A stretch of 64,000 nucleotides of DNA from Mobula hypostoma (Eukaryota): contig NC_086097.1 of the NCBI RefSeq assembly GCF_963921235.1, positions 125,676,001-125,740,000 on the forward strand, written 5' to 3'. A program made the translations under genes and the position numbers. This document shows, one piece after another, positions 24,901 to 38,620 of this stretch. How positions within the stretch are numbered: the first letter of the stretch is position 1; every line of letters begins with the position of its first letter. Below the pieces are notes generated by a model. The model searched no databases. It was not told where the DNA came from and saw only the letters and a program-made list of their open reading frames with translations.

Positions 24901-25797
24901 GTGAGGAGGATGTTATGAGAATGCAGGGTAACTTGGACAGGCTGGGTGAGTGAGCAGATGCATGGCAGATGCAGTTTAATGTGGATAAATGTGAGGTTGT
25001 CCACTTTGGTGGTAAGAATGGGAAGGCAGATTATTATCTAAATGGAGTCAAGTTAGGAAAAGGGGAGGTACAATGACATCTAGGTGTTCTTGTACATCAG
25101 TCACTGAAAGCAAGCATGCAAGTACAGCAGGCAGTGAAGAAAGCTAATGGCATGCTGGCCTTCATAACAAGGGGAATTGAGTATAAGAGCAAAGAGGTCT
25201 TTCTGCAGCTGTACAGGGCCCTGGTGAGACCACACCTGGAGTACTGTGTGCAGTTTTGGTCTCCAAATTTGAGGAAGGACATTCTTGCTATTGAGGGAGT
25301 GCAGCGTAGGTTCACAAGGTTAATTCCCGGGATGGCGGGACTGTCATATGTCAAAAGATTGGAGCAACTGGGCTTGTATACTCCGGAATTTAGAAGGCTG
25401 AGAGGGGATCTTATTGAAACATATAAGATTATTAAGGGATTGGACACACTGGAGGCAGGAAGCATGTTCCCGCTGATGGGTGAGTCCAGAACCAGAGGCC
25501 ACAGTTTAAGAATAAGGGGTAGGCCATTTAGAACGGAGTTGAGGAAAAACTTCTTTCACCCAGAGAGTGGTGGATATATGGAATGCTCTGCCCCAGAAGG
25601 CTGTGGAGGTCAAGTCTCTGGATGCTTTCAAGAAAGAGATGGATAGAGCTCTTAAAGATAGCGGAATCAAAGGTTATGGGGACAAGGCAAGAACTGGATA
25701 CTGATTGTGGATGATCGGCCATGATCACAGTGAATGGTGGTGCTAGCTCGAAGGGCCGAACGGCCCATCCTGCACCTATTGTCTATTGTTTATTGTA
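21999..25797 (+). mobile_element. Near full-length CR1 LINE: ORF1 SGNH esterase domain plus ORF2 APE-RT (pseudogenised)
   Basis: ORF 22220-22723 VVGDSIVRG...CLPGA...VVVHVSTDD...DRLHLN (SGNH blocks); ORF2 pieces with ITETWL, GDFN, SDHN, QGSVLGP, KFAD; several stops and frameshifts; (CTATTGT)n tail; candidate TSD AAATGAT at 21992-21998 / 25798-25804. Confidence 0.95.
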
Positions 25798-25899
25798 AAA
25801 TGATCAGCCTTTCAATTCCCCCCATCTTCTCATACTTCTTCTAGCTTTCCAGACCTTCAAAAGATCTGGAAAGGAAGGAGGAAGAAGCTAGCACCCACA

Positions 25900-26460
25900 G
25901 GTCTGTTGGGGTGACCTACTAAATCCGATGTTCCCAGTATAGCCTCCGCTACATCGGTGAGACCCGATGATGATCGGGGACCACTTTGACGAGTATCTTC
26001 AATTCTTCTACATCTGGGAAGCCTCCAACCTGATGACATGAATATCAATACTTCTAACTTTCAGTAATTCCTTCCCCCGTCCCTTCGTCTTTTTCCCCAT
26101 TCCCCGTTCTGTCTACCTTCTTATCTCTTTGCCTCACCTACCTCTGGTACGTCTCCTCCTCTTCCATTTTCTCATACGGTCCACTCCCCTATCCTGTCAG
26201 ATTCCTCCTTCTTCAGCCCTTTACCTCATCCACCTATCTCGTCACAGCTTCTCACTTCATCCCCCCTCTCCCCCTCACCTGGTCTCACCTGTCACCTTAC
26301 AACTTGCACTCCTTCCCCTCCTCCCACATTTTTATTCTGGCTTCCTCCCCCTTCCTTTCCAGTCCTGATGAAGGGTCACAACCCAAAATATCGACTCTTT
26401 ATTACACTCCATAGATGCTGCCTGACCTGCTGAGTTCCATCAGCAAGTTGTGTGTTCCAC
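25900..26460 (+). mobile_element. Penelope-like 3' fragment (GIY-YIG remnant plus pLTR)
   Basis: YIGETR and LGSLQPDDMNI remnants; CAGTCCTGATGAAGGG pLTR at ~26360. Confidence 0.75.
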
Positions 26461-26969
26461 CATTGATCATGGCTGTTTTAATTTTCCCTCTCATCCCCAT
26501 TCTCCTGCCTTCTCCCTATAACCCTTGGTGCCCCTAACTAATCAAGAACCAATCAACTCCCACTTCAACTGTACCCAATGACTTAGCCTCCACAGCCATC
26601 TGTGGCAATGAATTCCATAGATTCACCACCCTCTGGCTAAAGAAATCCTCCTCATCTCTTTTCTAAATGGGCATCCTTCTGTTCTGAGGTTGCTTGACCT
26701 GCTGAGTTCCTCTACCATTTTGTGTGCGTGTTATTCTGGATTTCCACCATTTGCAGAATTTCTTGTGTACATATAACACTCCCAACTACACTATAACACT
26801 TTACTCTGGAAATTTATCCTGATCCTCAATGTCCCAATGAAGGGTCTCAGCCCGAAATATCGACTGTTCATTCCTCTCCATAGATGCTGCCTGACATGCT
26901 GAGTTCCTCCAGCATTTTGTGTGTGTTGCTTTAGACTTTCAGCATCTGCAAGATCCCTTAAGCTTATAG

Positions 26970-27620
26970 GCCGCTCCCAGATCCAGCAAAGTTGACACTG
27001 AAGTTGATAGGTTGTTAAGAAAGTGTAGGGTGTGTTGGCCCTCATCAGTTGAGGATCTGAGTTCAAGAGCCACAAAGTAAGGTTGCAAGTCAATAAATCC
27101 TTGGTTAGACCGCAACTGGAATATTGCGTTCAGTTCTGATCACCTCATCATAGGAAGGACGTAGGAGTTTTGGAGAGGGTGCAGAGGAGATTTACTGCCT
27201 GGACTAAAGGTTGAGAGGGCTAGGGCTTTACTATCTGGAATGTACAAGATAAGATGCATAAAACGAATGCACAGCCACAGACTTTTCCCGGGGGGGGGGG
27301 CAGAAATGGCTGATATGAAGGAGGATAATTTTAAGGTGATTTGAGGGAAGTATAGTGGGGGATGTCAGAGGTATTTTTTTTTAAAACAGAGCATGGTAAA
27401 GGTGTGGAAGGCCCTGCCAGGATGGCGGTAGAGGCTGCTAGTTGTGGTGGGAGAAGCAGATGTATTAGGAACATTTAAGGAACTCTTAGATAGGTACATG
27501 GATAATAAAAAGATGGACGTTCTGTAGGGAGGATAGGGTTAAATCTCTTAGAGTACGTTAAAAGCTTGGCACAACATCGGGGCTGAAGGGCCTGTACTGT
27601 GCTACGTTCTGTAACATGTT
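26970..27620 (+). mobile_element. CR1 3' fragment
   Basis: LVRPQLEYCVQF, RKDV..LERVQRRF remnants. Confidence 0.75.
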
Positions 27621-29220
27621 CCAAGTTATTTTACTGGCAACTGGGAGATTTAGTAATTAGTGCAGCTATAATTTAATGTTGTGGTACTGATTGTGAATGA
27701 ATACAGTATTCAGTCGGAGACAGCATTGCAAATTACCAATGAGCTTACACACTGTGAATTAAGGAACAATCATAATGTTTGGGATTTGCTAAACGGGGAA
27801 GTGAAAGCTTTGCTTTGTACATCTATAATTTGCAAAAAGTGAAGAAATGGTTTAGAGTAACTGCTATGGTATCAGAATCAGAATTATTATCACTGGCATA
27901 TATCAATAAATTGGTTGTTTTGTGACAGTAATATGTTGCAATACATAATAATAATAATAAAAAGTATATATAAAATATTAAATTAAATAAGTTGTGCAGA
28001 ATGAAGAGAAAAGAGATGGAGGTATAACAAGTAATTCAGATTTAGCAAATGTACAAAGTTTAAAGTAAATTATCAAAGTATACATGTCATCATATACAAC
28101 CCTGAGATTCACAGTATTCACAGTATTACAGGCATTCACAGTAGATACAAGAAACACAACAGAATCAACAAAAGACCACACCCAACAGGACGGACAAACA
28201 CCCAACGTGCAAAAGACAACAAACAGGGCAAATACAAATGAGAAAATAATGAAATAATTATTATAACAGTAAACAAGCAATAAGTATTGAGAACATAAAA
28301 TGAAGCGTCCTTGAGAATGAGTCCATAGCTTGTGAAATCAGCTCAGAGTTGAAATGAGTGAAGTTATGCCCTCTAGTTCAGGAGCCTGATGCTTGAGGGG
28401 TAATAACTGTTCCTGAACCTGGCGGTGTGGGTCCTGAGGTGCTTGGACCTGCTTCCTGATGGCATCAGTGAGAAGACAGCATGTCCTGGATAGTGGGGGT
28501 CCCCCCTGACAGATGCTGTTTTCCTGCGACAGTGCTCCATGTAGACATGCTCAATGGTGGGGAGGGCTTTGGTATTTCCGTTCCAGGCCATGACGCAGCG
28601 GTCAATACACTCTCCACTACACATCTATAGAAGCTCGTCAAAGTTTTAGATGTCACACCGAATCCCCACAATCTTCTAAGGAAGTAGAGGTGCTGACGTG
28701 CTTTTTTCATAATTCCACTTCAGTGCTGGGCCCAGTGCAGGTCCTCCGAAATAATAACACTGAGGAATTTAAGGTTGCTGATCCTCCGATGAGAACTGGC
28801 TTATAGACCATCAGTTTCCTCCTTCTGAAGTCAATAATCAGCTCCTTGGTCTTGCTGACATTGCGTGAGAAGTTGTTGAAGTACCACTCAGCCACATTTT
28901 CAATCTCTCTCCTGTATGCTGATTGTTCACCACCGTTGATTCAGCCGACGACGACAGTGGTGTCGTCAGCAAACTGAAATACTGCACTGAAACTTTACAG
29001 AGAAATTAGTTGTCTGCATTAACAACAAGCACACCCAAGTGTGCTGAGGGCAGCCGGCAAGTGTCACCACGTACGCTGGCACCAACATAGCATGCCCAGA
29101 AAGTTTGGCAGGATAACACAGAACACAACAAACAACAAAACAACAACAGCAAAACAAGCAACACACATCAAAGTTGCTGGTGAACACAGCAGGCCAAGCA
29201 GCATCTCTAGGGAGAGGTAC

Positions 29221-29256
29221 AGTCGACATTTCAGGCCGAGACCCTTCGTCAGGACT
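29221..29256 (-). ncRNA. Minimal type-I hammerhead ribozyme motif with an intact core
   Basis: Minus strand AGTC-CTGACGA-AGGGTCTCGGCCT-GAAA-TGTC^-GACT; GUC cleavage triplet; stem I is AGTC/GACT. Confidence 0.7.
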
Positions 29257-29529
29257 CACCTCTCCCTCGTACCCCATCCGCTATTTATTTGTATACACAC
29301 TTTCTTTCTCCCACTCTCCTTTTTCTCCCTCTGTCCCCTTGCCCATCCTCTGGTCCCCCCCCCCTTTCCTTCTCCCTGGGCCTCCTGTCCCATGATCCTT
29401 TCATATCCCTTTTGCCTATCACCTGTCCAGCTCTTGGCTCCATCCCTCCCCCTCCTGTCTTCTCCTATAATTTTGGATCTTCCCCTCCCCCTCCCACTTT
29501 CAAATCTCTTACTAACTCTTCCTTCAGTT

Positions 29530-29565
29530 AGTCCTGACGAAGGGTCTCGGCCTGAAACGTGGACT
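29530..29565 (+). ncRNA. Hammerhead motif with a mutated cleavage site (GUG)
   Basis: AGTC-CTGACGA-AGGGTCTCGGCCT-GAAA-CGTG-GACT; G at 29561 violates the NUH rule. Confidence 0.6.
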
Positions 29566-29929
29566 GTACCTCTTCCTAGAGATGCTGCCTGGCCTGCTGC
29601 GTTCACCAGCAACTTTGATGTGTGTTGCCTGAATTTCCAGCATCTGCAGAATTCCTGTTGTTTACAGCAAAACAAGCTGCTTCCCCCCTTCACTCACCCA
29701 CACAGACGGACAGATCTCCAAGTGGAGAACACTGAGCAGCAACTTGAATATTGATGGAACGCTTCAGGGAAAATTCAAAAAGCATATGCACCCCTAAGGC
29801 AAGCAGCATACTTTAAAGCTTGTTAGTTTAAAGTTCTCTTTATTTTAACAATATTTTTACTTGCTGTCCAATTGTGACAACTTTGGTATATACTGGTCTA
29901 ATTTTCAAAAGATCCCAAGGTACTGAGGT

Positions 29930-30496
29930 AACACCCGCAAAACGCTGAAAGAACTCAGCAAGTCAGTCAGCATCTATGGAGAGGAATCAACAGCTGACGT
30001 TTTGGACTGAAACCCATCATCAGGACCAGAGAGGGAGTGGGCAGAAGCCAGAGTAAGAAGGTGGGGGTGGTGGGGGAAGAGTACAAGCCAGCAGGTGATA
30101 GGTGAAGCCAAGTGAGGGAGAAGGTGGGTGGGGACAGGGGACGAAGGAAGAAGCTGGAGGTGATAGGTGGAAAAGATAAAGGGCCGAAGGAGGAATCGTA
30201 TAGGAGAGGAGAGTGGACCATCGAAGATAAAGAGGGAAGAAGGGCACCAGAGAGAGATGATGGGCGGGTGAGGAGAGAAAAGGCAGAGGGGAGCCAGAAT
30301 GAGGAATGGAAAATCAGAGAAGGTGGAGTGGGGAGAAATTACTGGAAGTTAGAGAAATCGATGTTCATTCCGTCAGGATGGTGGCTGCCCAGACAGAGTA
30401 CGAGGTGCTGCTCCTCCAACTTGACCTGTTGAGTTCCTCCAGCATACTGCGCATATTGCTCTGGATTTCCAGCACCTGCAGAATTTCTTGTGTTTA
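29930..30496 (-). mobile_element. Older Penelope 3' fragment with an inverted pLTR segment
   Basis: The minus strand encodes LEEQHLVLCLGSHHPDGMNIDFSNFQ (GIY-YIG C-terminus); plus-strand pLTR end at 30421-30496. Confidence 0.8.
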
Positions 30497-30664
30497 TGAG
30501 GCTAGAAGCAATTGCTTTTCTTTAAATGGACCAATTGTATGATGGATGGTATATGTATGTCTATTTAACACTTGCTGGTACAAAAAGAGAGGAGGAGGGT
30601 CTTTCAGTCAGCCAATGACTGTCACTGTCCTGGTACCATCTCCTCTTTGTAGAAAGTCATCAAG

Positions 30665-33600
30665 TCAGAGTGATATAGCACAGAAACTGGTCCTTTGGCC
30701 ACCTACTTCATGCTGAACTATTACTCTGCCTAGTCTCACCGACCTGCTCCATAGCCTTCCTTACCCCTCCTATACAGGTACTGTACTTATTCAAACATCT
30801 CTTAAATAATAAAAATCAAACACGCAACTTCCACTGGTATCTCATTTCCAAATGTCACCACCCTCAGAGTGAAGAAGTTCCACCCTCCTGACCCCTTAAA
30901 ATATTTCACCTATCACACTTCACCTGTGACCTCCAGTTCCAGCGTCACCCACCTCAATGGAAAAAGCCTGCTTGCATTTACCCTACCTATACCCCTCATC
31001 ATTTTGTACACAATTAAGCAGGCGTGTTTTTAACTAATGTGCTGTGCCAACTGCTGGCTGGCATCTGTTAGCACCTGTCCTCAGCATGCCCTTTACAACC
31101 TTGAATCTTTGCATTTGTCCAACTGAACAGGAAGCATTTTAGTATTTCAATTATTATTTAATCCCACAGGACAATTGCTGGGAAATCTTATTTTAAACAC
31201 GAACAGTTTTTGTTGCTGAGTGTGTCCTCCAAGCATCTGCCGGCCAGATAAGGATACAAGGCTCCCAGACAGTGACAAGTTTCTTCAACTCCACCACAGA
31301 ACCCACGACTCATTACCACTGAACACAGGTTACCCCTGAAAGCGGAGTACAGAGCGAGTTTGTAATCCGGCGGGAACACAGGATGTTTGGGAATGGCGAG
31401 GGTGGAGCACCGTGGGAGGGGTGTGGGACTGATGGCAAATAAGGAGTGCCAGAGGCAGTGGGAGTGGTGCAGGTGCAGACACACCCAGCCCTGAAACACC
31501 AGGCAAGGTCCTTTGATTCCAAACAATTTGTTTATTGATCATTACAGAATGTCTCTCTGGTGCTTCCCGCACCCTCCTCTCCCCCTTTTCCCAACCACGT
31601 TTCCCCTCTCCCTTCCCCCTTCCCACTCTCAGTCCACAATAAAGACCCACATCAGAATCTGATTTACCATCGCTCACACGTCATGGAATTGTGGGGGGTT
31701 TTTTGGCAGCAGCGGGACAGCGCAAAACGTAGTATTACTACAGTGCTGTGCAGAAGTCTATAGGCACCCTAGCTGTAGACATGTGCCCAAGAATTTTGCA
31801 CAGTACCGTTTGTCACCCAAGACAAAGAGCTGTGGACAGCCACTGGTAACTACAAGAGATCGGAATTTATTCCTATAGCTCCTAAAAGCCTTTGCAAGAA
31901 ACAGTCATTTGCACAGGTCGTCACTGCATTGCTCCATTGTAACCAGTAAAGTCTCTTGAAGCCACTTGAAGATAGGTTAACTGAGCGAGGGCATTTCTCT
32001 CTGGGGAGGAGGAGGAGGATGCGAGGTGGCTTGATAGAGCTTTACAAGATGATAAGAGGCATGGGTCATGTGGGCACAAGAGACCTTTTTCCCAAGGCAG
32101 AAATGGTTAACACCGGGGGAGGGGGGGAGGGGCATAATTTTAAAGAGGAATGTATAGGGGGAAGTGGGTGGTGGGTGTGTGGAGCACCCTGCCAGCGATG
32201 GTGTGGAGGCAGATACATTAGGGACACTCAATAGACTCTTAGATAAGCACATCAATGATAGAAAAATTAAGGGCTATGTGACAGGGATGGGTTAGATTGA
32301 TCTTCGAGTCGGTCACAACATCATGGGCCAAGGGGTCTGTACTATGCTGTAAGATTCTATGTTCAAAAACATTATTATTTCCAAGTCTCCAATTTCAGCT
32401 TGTACCCGCTGGTATTTGAAACTTCCATCTTATAAAATAATTTTCATGCAACAGCTGCATTCATTCCCTGCATAATTCTGAAGATAACCGAAACGTCGCC
32501 CGTCTCCAACTTCAGAATTCCTTGGGGCCAACAGGTGGAATGGGCAAATTAACACCAAAAACGGCTGTGGAGTTTCCCTTTCTCCCACCCCTCCCCCTAC
32601 CATCTCCATCACCGCATCAAGACCGCTCACAATTACAGTTACTATGGCACATCAGTAGAAAAGCCCCAGGATCTCCCGGCTCCTGTAAATATTGGAATAT
32701 TAAGACCAAGGAATGCAGCTTTTTTGCTGCTGTTGCTTTGTCGCGTGTTCTGTTTTTCGTTCTGGGTATGCTGTGTCGGCGCCGGAATGTGCAACCACAC
32801 CTGTGGGCTGGCCCAGCACATCCTTGAGCGATGTTGCTTGCTAAAGCAAACGGCACATTTCACTGTATGTTTCCATGTACATGTGATAAATAAATCGCAA
32901 TCTGGTCTCTACAGGACAAAACCTCCCCATTTCTGCCACCGGGGAAACGTCCCTTAAACTTCAGCCATTGTAAAGCAACATCATTTAATTCATTTCATTA
33001 ATTCCATCACTTGCAGGTTTTATAGAATTTAAATCATTCCAGCAATTATAATGGCTAGTTAATATTTACTGAAAAATGAAACATAACACGAGTTCTGATG
33101 ACGTGTCTTGGCCCGAAATGTAGACTGTTTATTCCTCTCTATAGATGCTGCCTGACCTGCTGAGTTTCTCCAGCAGTTTAGACCATGAGACATAAGAGCA
33201 GAATTAGGCCATTCAGCCCATTAAGTCTGTCCATCGGCCTGCATTTCCATCATGGCTGATTTATTTTCCCTCTCAACCCCATTCTCCTGCCTTAAACTTA
33301 CTCCAAACTACCTGCCACTCCACCTATATTTGTATCATCCACAAGCTGAGCCATCGTCCAAATCATAGACCCATAACGTGTAAGGAACTGGTCCCAACAC
33401 CGACCCCTGCAGAATACTGCTAATTACCAGTAAGCCTCCCTTTATTCCCACTGTGTTTGTTGCTCTAGGTTTCTGGCATCTACAGCATCTCTTGTGCACA
33501 TAACACATGTTGTGACCAGGGTATCTTTAATTCATCTGCAAAATCTCAACAGTACTTCAGCAGTCAACAGGGACAGCACAGAAGAGTGAACTCCATCCAT

Positions 33601-34270
33601 TTAAACATCAGTTCAATAAATGCATGCATGGCTGTGATCCAGAGGCAGATTTGTTTATGGGATGCTACAGCAAGTAAGTCAAACTGGGAGGACAGACTAC
33701 CCAATCATCCTAACTGCCCATAATCATGTAGTCACACAGCACAGAAACAGGCCCCTCAACACATCTAGCCACTACCGAACGATTGTTGTACCTAGTGACA
33801 CCAAGCAGCACTCAGACCACAGCCCTCCCACTTACCCAAACTTGTCTTAAATGCTGAAATCGAGCCCTTCCGCTGGCAGCTCGCTCCACCTTCTGAGCGA
33901 AGAAATTCCCCCTCAGGTTCTCCTTAAACATTTCACCTTTCACCCTTAGCCCATGACCTCTAGTTGTAGTCTCACCCAACCTCAGTGGAAAAAGCCTGCT
34001 TTGCATTTATCCTATCTATACCCCTCATAATTTATATGCCTCTATCAAATCTCCCCTTATTCTCTCTCTTTTCAAATCTTTGTATTATATCCAAAATTAG
34101 CAAGAGTACATCGAAGTAGGCAACACTTACAATGTCTCAAGAAAAAAAAACATTATTTTAAAGATTGAAAAATTTTCTCCCCTCATTCTCCTACGTTCCA
34201 GAGAACAAAGTCTATCTATTCTATCTTTCCCTATAACTCAGGACCTCAAGTCCCTGCAGCATCTTTGTAA
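30665..34270. mobile_element. Cluster of short CR1 3' fragments (-30665-31010, +31970-32365, -33180-33450, -33730-34270) and SINE/pLTR pieces
   Basis: Recurrent TRGHGLRVKG / GGLIELYKMIRG remnants and CR1 3'UTR hairpins. Confidence 0.6.
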
Positions 34271-34899
34271 ATTATAAGGCCATTCATCCCATTGTGTCTC
34301 TGCCAGCTCCTGGAAAGAAACCACCAGTTTAGTCCCATGATATTATGCCCCCTGATATTAGCCACAAGCTTCTCGCAGAGGGTGGGGAAACCTCAGGAAT
34401 TCCCTACACACCAGATCACTGTGGTGTCCAGATAGAGGAAGCTGACACACTTTCACAAGATTGAGGAATTGAGGTTGATGGAGAAATGGTGATAAGGCTT
34501 GGGGCCAAGCGGCCATGACAATACAGAGTACTTGGGCAGGCTTGAGGGGCGGTAAAGTCTTCCTCCGTTTCTATTTCATTGTGTTTTTATGTAAAAGCAT
34601 ATGATTTGTTTGTATCCACTAATAGTCTCCACATCATTTCAGTTATGACCACAGGCTATTTCTACACCATGAACACACTGGAATAAGGCAAACATTAGGG
34701 ATGAAGCCTTGCCTGCGACATATTCAATATTATTACTCTCACAAACACTCTTTCTTTCTTTCTCTCTCACTCCTTCCCTCTCCCGTAGGCCAAGCAAGCT
34801 CATCATTATGCAACATTCACACAAAACCCCGAGATCAGAAATAAACGATCTCAAATTGTGTTAAGTATGCAACACGTGCTTTCTCACACTATGAAAGCA

Positions 34900-36620
34900 A
34901 CTAGCCCTCAGTGAATTCTGCGCCAGAAATGGCGAGTTCCCTGATCAATGCACAACGGGCGAGCTTGCAACACGCAATCGGCAGCCGAAGGAGAGGAAGC
35001 AGGTTAACAATTCTACTGGGAGCCTTTATTAGTGCAATGTGGCCTGTGCTTTAGCAGACCACTGTGCCATCAAAGCTTTAAACACGGAATTAGCTGCCAC
35101 TCTTGCAAGAGATTGCTTGCACTAGCAGCCCCGGAGCAGTCGCCCAGGCGTCCTTCACCGAACACTTTCTGCACGCTGTATATTCCCAGCACTGTACTCC
35201 CATCCGTTTAGATCTCTTAACGTGAAACTTCCCGGTTCAGCTCACGCCGGCTTGCACCAAGATTGAGAGAAAAAAAAATCACGTTGCTTTCTGCGCGACG
35301 GGCAGTGATGGGTAATGAACTACCTGCTTAGAACAGCCACATTCTAACAACGCAGGGACGGATTCATTCCGCGTGTATCACAGACACGGCGATACCCCGG
35401 CCCCAGGGTGTGGAGGTGTGGGGGGCATTTTACACAAAAGTAGCATTTAAGCTTGCAACGAAAAGACCCGCCAGCCAAATTATAAATTAACAGGCTGGGT
35501 ACTGAGGCGAAATCAGTTGCACACAGGAGCACATCCGACTTTAAACTGATACAGTACTTGAAAGCTTGGATATGATGGTTGAAGGCACGATCGCCCATTC
35601 TACAGCGCTGTGACCCCGCGCAACTACGCTGCCGCAGCCTGGTAAACATCAAGAGGGCGGGAGACGGAGAAACACGCCCCGGAATTTGCAAACAAACCCC
35701 TCCACACAAAGATACGGGGTAGCGGGCAGCACGAACACCGAGGGCTTCCCCGGCAAGTCCAAGCGCACGCCGACTGGCAACTTGATCCCCCCCGGTGACT
35801 GACCCGGCCCTTTTTAATTCACACCCGTCGTTGAAAACCAGCAGATGTGAACTCGAGAACTGACAGGCATCGCCAGCCACCGCGTTACAAGGATGCCCCG
35901 AGAGCTCATTCTGTTGTTACTAGTACAGAGTGGGGGGGGGCGGGAATAAAAGGCTCCGTTGCAAACCCAAGCCGTTCTGTCCATAATCAGGTCGCTCCAC
36001 ACCTTGCATGGGGTTTGCAACACCTTCTGCTTAACTGTCGGGACTTCATACACCCACCCGGTGCGCCGAACACGGAGAGAGAGAGGGAGAGCACTGCATC
36101 CATTCCCTCGCCTTATTCAGTATTGCAACCTGAAGCAGCGACTTACCCCTGCCGCTGAACGCAGTTTGCGAACCGATCCTCTCCGAAGCCCGTCTCCCCT
36201 AGACCGGCTCCTCTGTTCCTCTACTTTCCCAACAGTTGAGTGGAAATAGCGGAGAGACTGCCTGACGTCACCCCGAAGCTGCATGTGTGGCCAATAGAGG
36301 AGTCACTGGAGACGTTTGAGAAAATATTTTAGCGCAGAGAAGCCTAAAAGCATTAGCACCGTGTCACTGCTCGCAGCGGTTCACTAACCCGGAGACCGAC
36401 CAAACGCGACGGGAGCACTTAGAAGCCAGGCAGATTCTAGTGCTTAAAGTGTAAGATTAAGGCCAGTTATAGCGGGTGCGATGGGTGGGGGGCTGTGGAG
36501 ACAATGAGTCAAAGGGTCGAGCAGCATCTGCAGCGGAGCAAAATAATCGTCAACATTTTCCCGCCCGGCGTCCACACCCACATACGCTGCTTGACCCGCT
36601 GAGTTGCTTCAGGTTCCGGC
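34900..36620. promoter_or_regulatory. CpG island and probable host gene promoter
   Basis: Repeat-free, visibly CpG-rich against a CpG-depleted background; CRE TGACGTCA at 36263-36270, GGCCAATAG (NF-Y/CCAAT) at 36289-36297, GC box at ~35937-35945. Confidence 0.8.
36147..36240 (-). other. Putative non-coding first exon of an unidentified minus-strand gene
   Basis: Donor GG|GTAAGT (ACTTAC at 36141-36146) lies ~115 bp downstream of the CRE/CCAAT; no ATG in the exon; TSS position is estimated. Confidence 0.5.
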
Positions 36621-37299
36621 ATTGGCTCAGGGGCAGAATTTGGCTATTTGGCCCATCAAGCCTGTCCCTCTATTTATTCATAACTAATTTATTTTACCTC
36701 TCAATCCTATTCGCCGGCCTCCTTCCCGTAACCCTGAACGACTTTACTAATCAAGAACCTATCAACGTCAACTTTAAATATATCTAATGGCTTGGCCTCA
36801 GTAGCCATCGTGGCAATGAATTCCACAGATTCATCACCTTCTAGCTAAAGAAATTCCTCCTCATCTCTGTTCTTTTCTGAGGTTGTGCCCTCTGGTCCTG
36901 GACTCTCCCACATGTTTTTACACAGATATCTAAGGGACTCTTGTAATATATAAAATTGGAGGACTATGTGGCAGGGAAGGGTTAGATTGATCTTCGAGTA
37001 CATTAAGGGGCGAGCACAACATCGTCACACTGTTCTTGTCACGGTGTGCGCTGACAGGCAACAGAACCCCATGTAGAGACAGAAACAAGGGTTCATTCAT
37101 AGGAGTTCCAAATGAACATTGTTGACTTGACACCACAAGATGAATCATTCTTGAAACACAAGGATCCCGTAATAAATGCTAATGGGGAGTTCGCCTTAAA
37201 TAATCACAGTACATGCCCGTCAAAATAAACTTGACAAGATTAAACAGAAAGCACAGAAGTTTAACGATTCAGCTTAGATAAATTAACATGATAGTCTGA

Positions 37300-38620
37300 A
37301 GCTCTATGTTCTATTGAAAACATCCCCTCCATATTCCATTGATTTCAATGAGACCCCCCAACACCCCATTCTTCTAAACTCCAGCCCAGAACCATCAAAT
37401 AAATGCTCCTCATATATTAATCCTTTCATTCCTGGGATCATTCTCATAAACCTCTCCAATGCCAACACATCCTTTCTTCAATATGAGGTCCAAAACTGTT
37501 CACAATACTCCAAATGTGGCCTTATAAAGCATTATATCCTTGTTATTATATTCTAGTCCTCTCAAAATGAATGCTAACATTGTATTTGCCTTCCTCACTA
37601 CCGACTCATCCTGCAAGTTAACATTTAGGGCTAACCACTTGGATTCCTAAGTCTCTTTGCACCTCAATTTCAAAAATATTCTCTGCCTGTATTGCTTTTA
37701 CCAAAGTGCATGACTGTACACTGCCCTGCAATGTATTTCATCTGCTACTTCTTTGCCCATTCTCCTAATCTGTCCAAGTCCTTCTGCAGACTCCCTGCTT
37801 CCTCAACACAACCTGCCCCTCCACCTATCTTTGTATCATTTGCAAACTTTCCCACAAAGCCATTGATTTCATCATCTAGATCATTAACATATAATGTGAA
37901 AAGTAACAGACCCTTCAGAACACCACTGGTCACTAGCAGCTAACCAGTAAAACATAGAACATAGAACATAGAATAGTACAGCACAGTACAGGTCCTTCAG
38001 CCCACAATGTTGTGCCGACCCTCAAACCCTGTCTCCCATATAAGCCCCCGCCTTAGATTCCTCCATATACCTGTCTAGTAGTCCCTTAAACTTCACTAGT
38101 GTATCTGCCTCCACCACTGACTCAGGCAGTGCATTCCACGCACCAACCACTCTCTGAGTAAAAAACCTTGCTCTAATATCCCCCTTGAACTTCCCACCCC
38201 TTACCTTAAAGCCATGTCCTCTTGTATTGAGCAGTGGTGCCCTGGGGAAGAGGCGCTGGCTATCCACTCTATCTATTCCTCTTATTATCTTGTACACCTC
38301 CTTCATGTCTCCTCTCATCCTCCTTCTCTCCAAAGAGTAAAGCCCTAGCTCCCTTAATCTCTGATCATAATGCATACTTTCTAAACCAGGCAGCATCCTG
38401 GTAAATCTCCTCTGTACCCTTTCCAATGCATCCACATCCTTCCTATAGTGAGGTGACCAGAACTATATAAAAGTTCCCCTTTATAGAAAGTTCCCCTTTA
38501 TTTCCACTCTTTGCCTCCTGCCAGTCAACCAAACTTCTATCCACGCTAGTATCTTTCCTGTAACGTCTCCCATATAAGCTTACTTATCTTACTTAGCAGC
38601 CTCATGTGTGGCACTTGTGT
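37300..38620 (-). mobile_element. Older CR1 RT fragment with a nested younger CR1 (37951-38463)
   Basis: ORF 37745-37933 (KFANDTKIGG); ORF 38022-38435 LERVQRRFTRMLPG...FFTQRVVGAWNALP; reverse tail (AACATAG)3 at 37951. Confidence 0.85.

Larger units (their letters stand above)
29160..29663 (+). mobile_element. Young Penelope insert: inverted pLTR (29160-29256) followed by 3' region and direct pLTR with tail
   Basis: Near-identical inverted and direct pLTR copies; 14-bp TSD ACAGCAAAACAAGC at 29146-29159 / 29664-29677. Confidence 0.9.
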
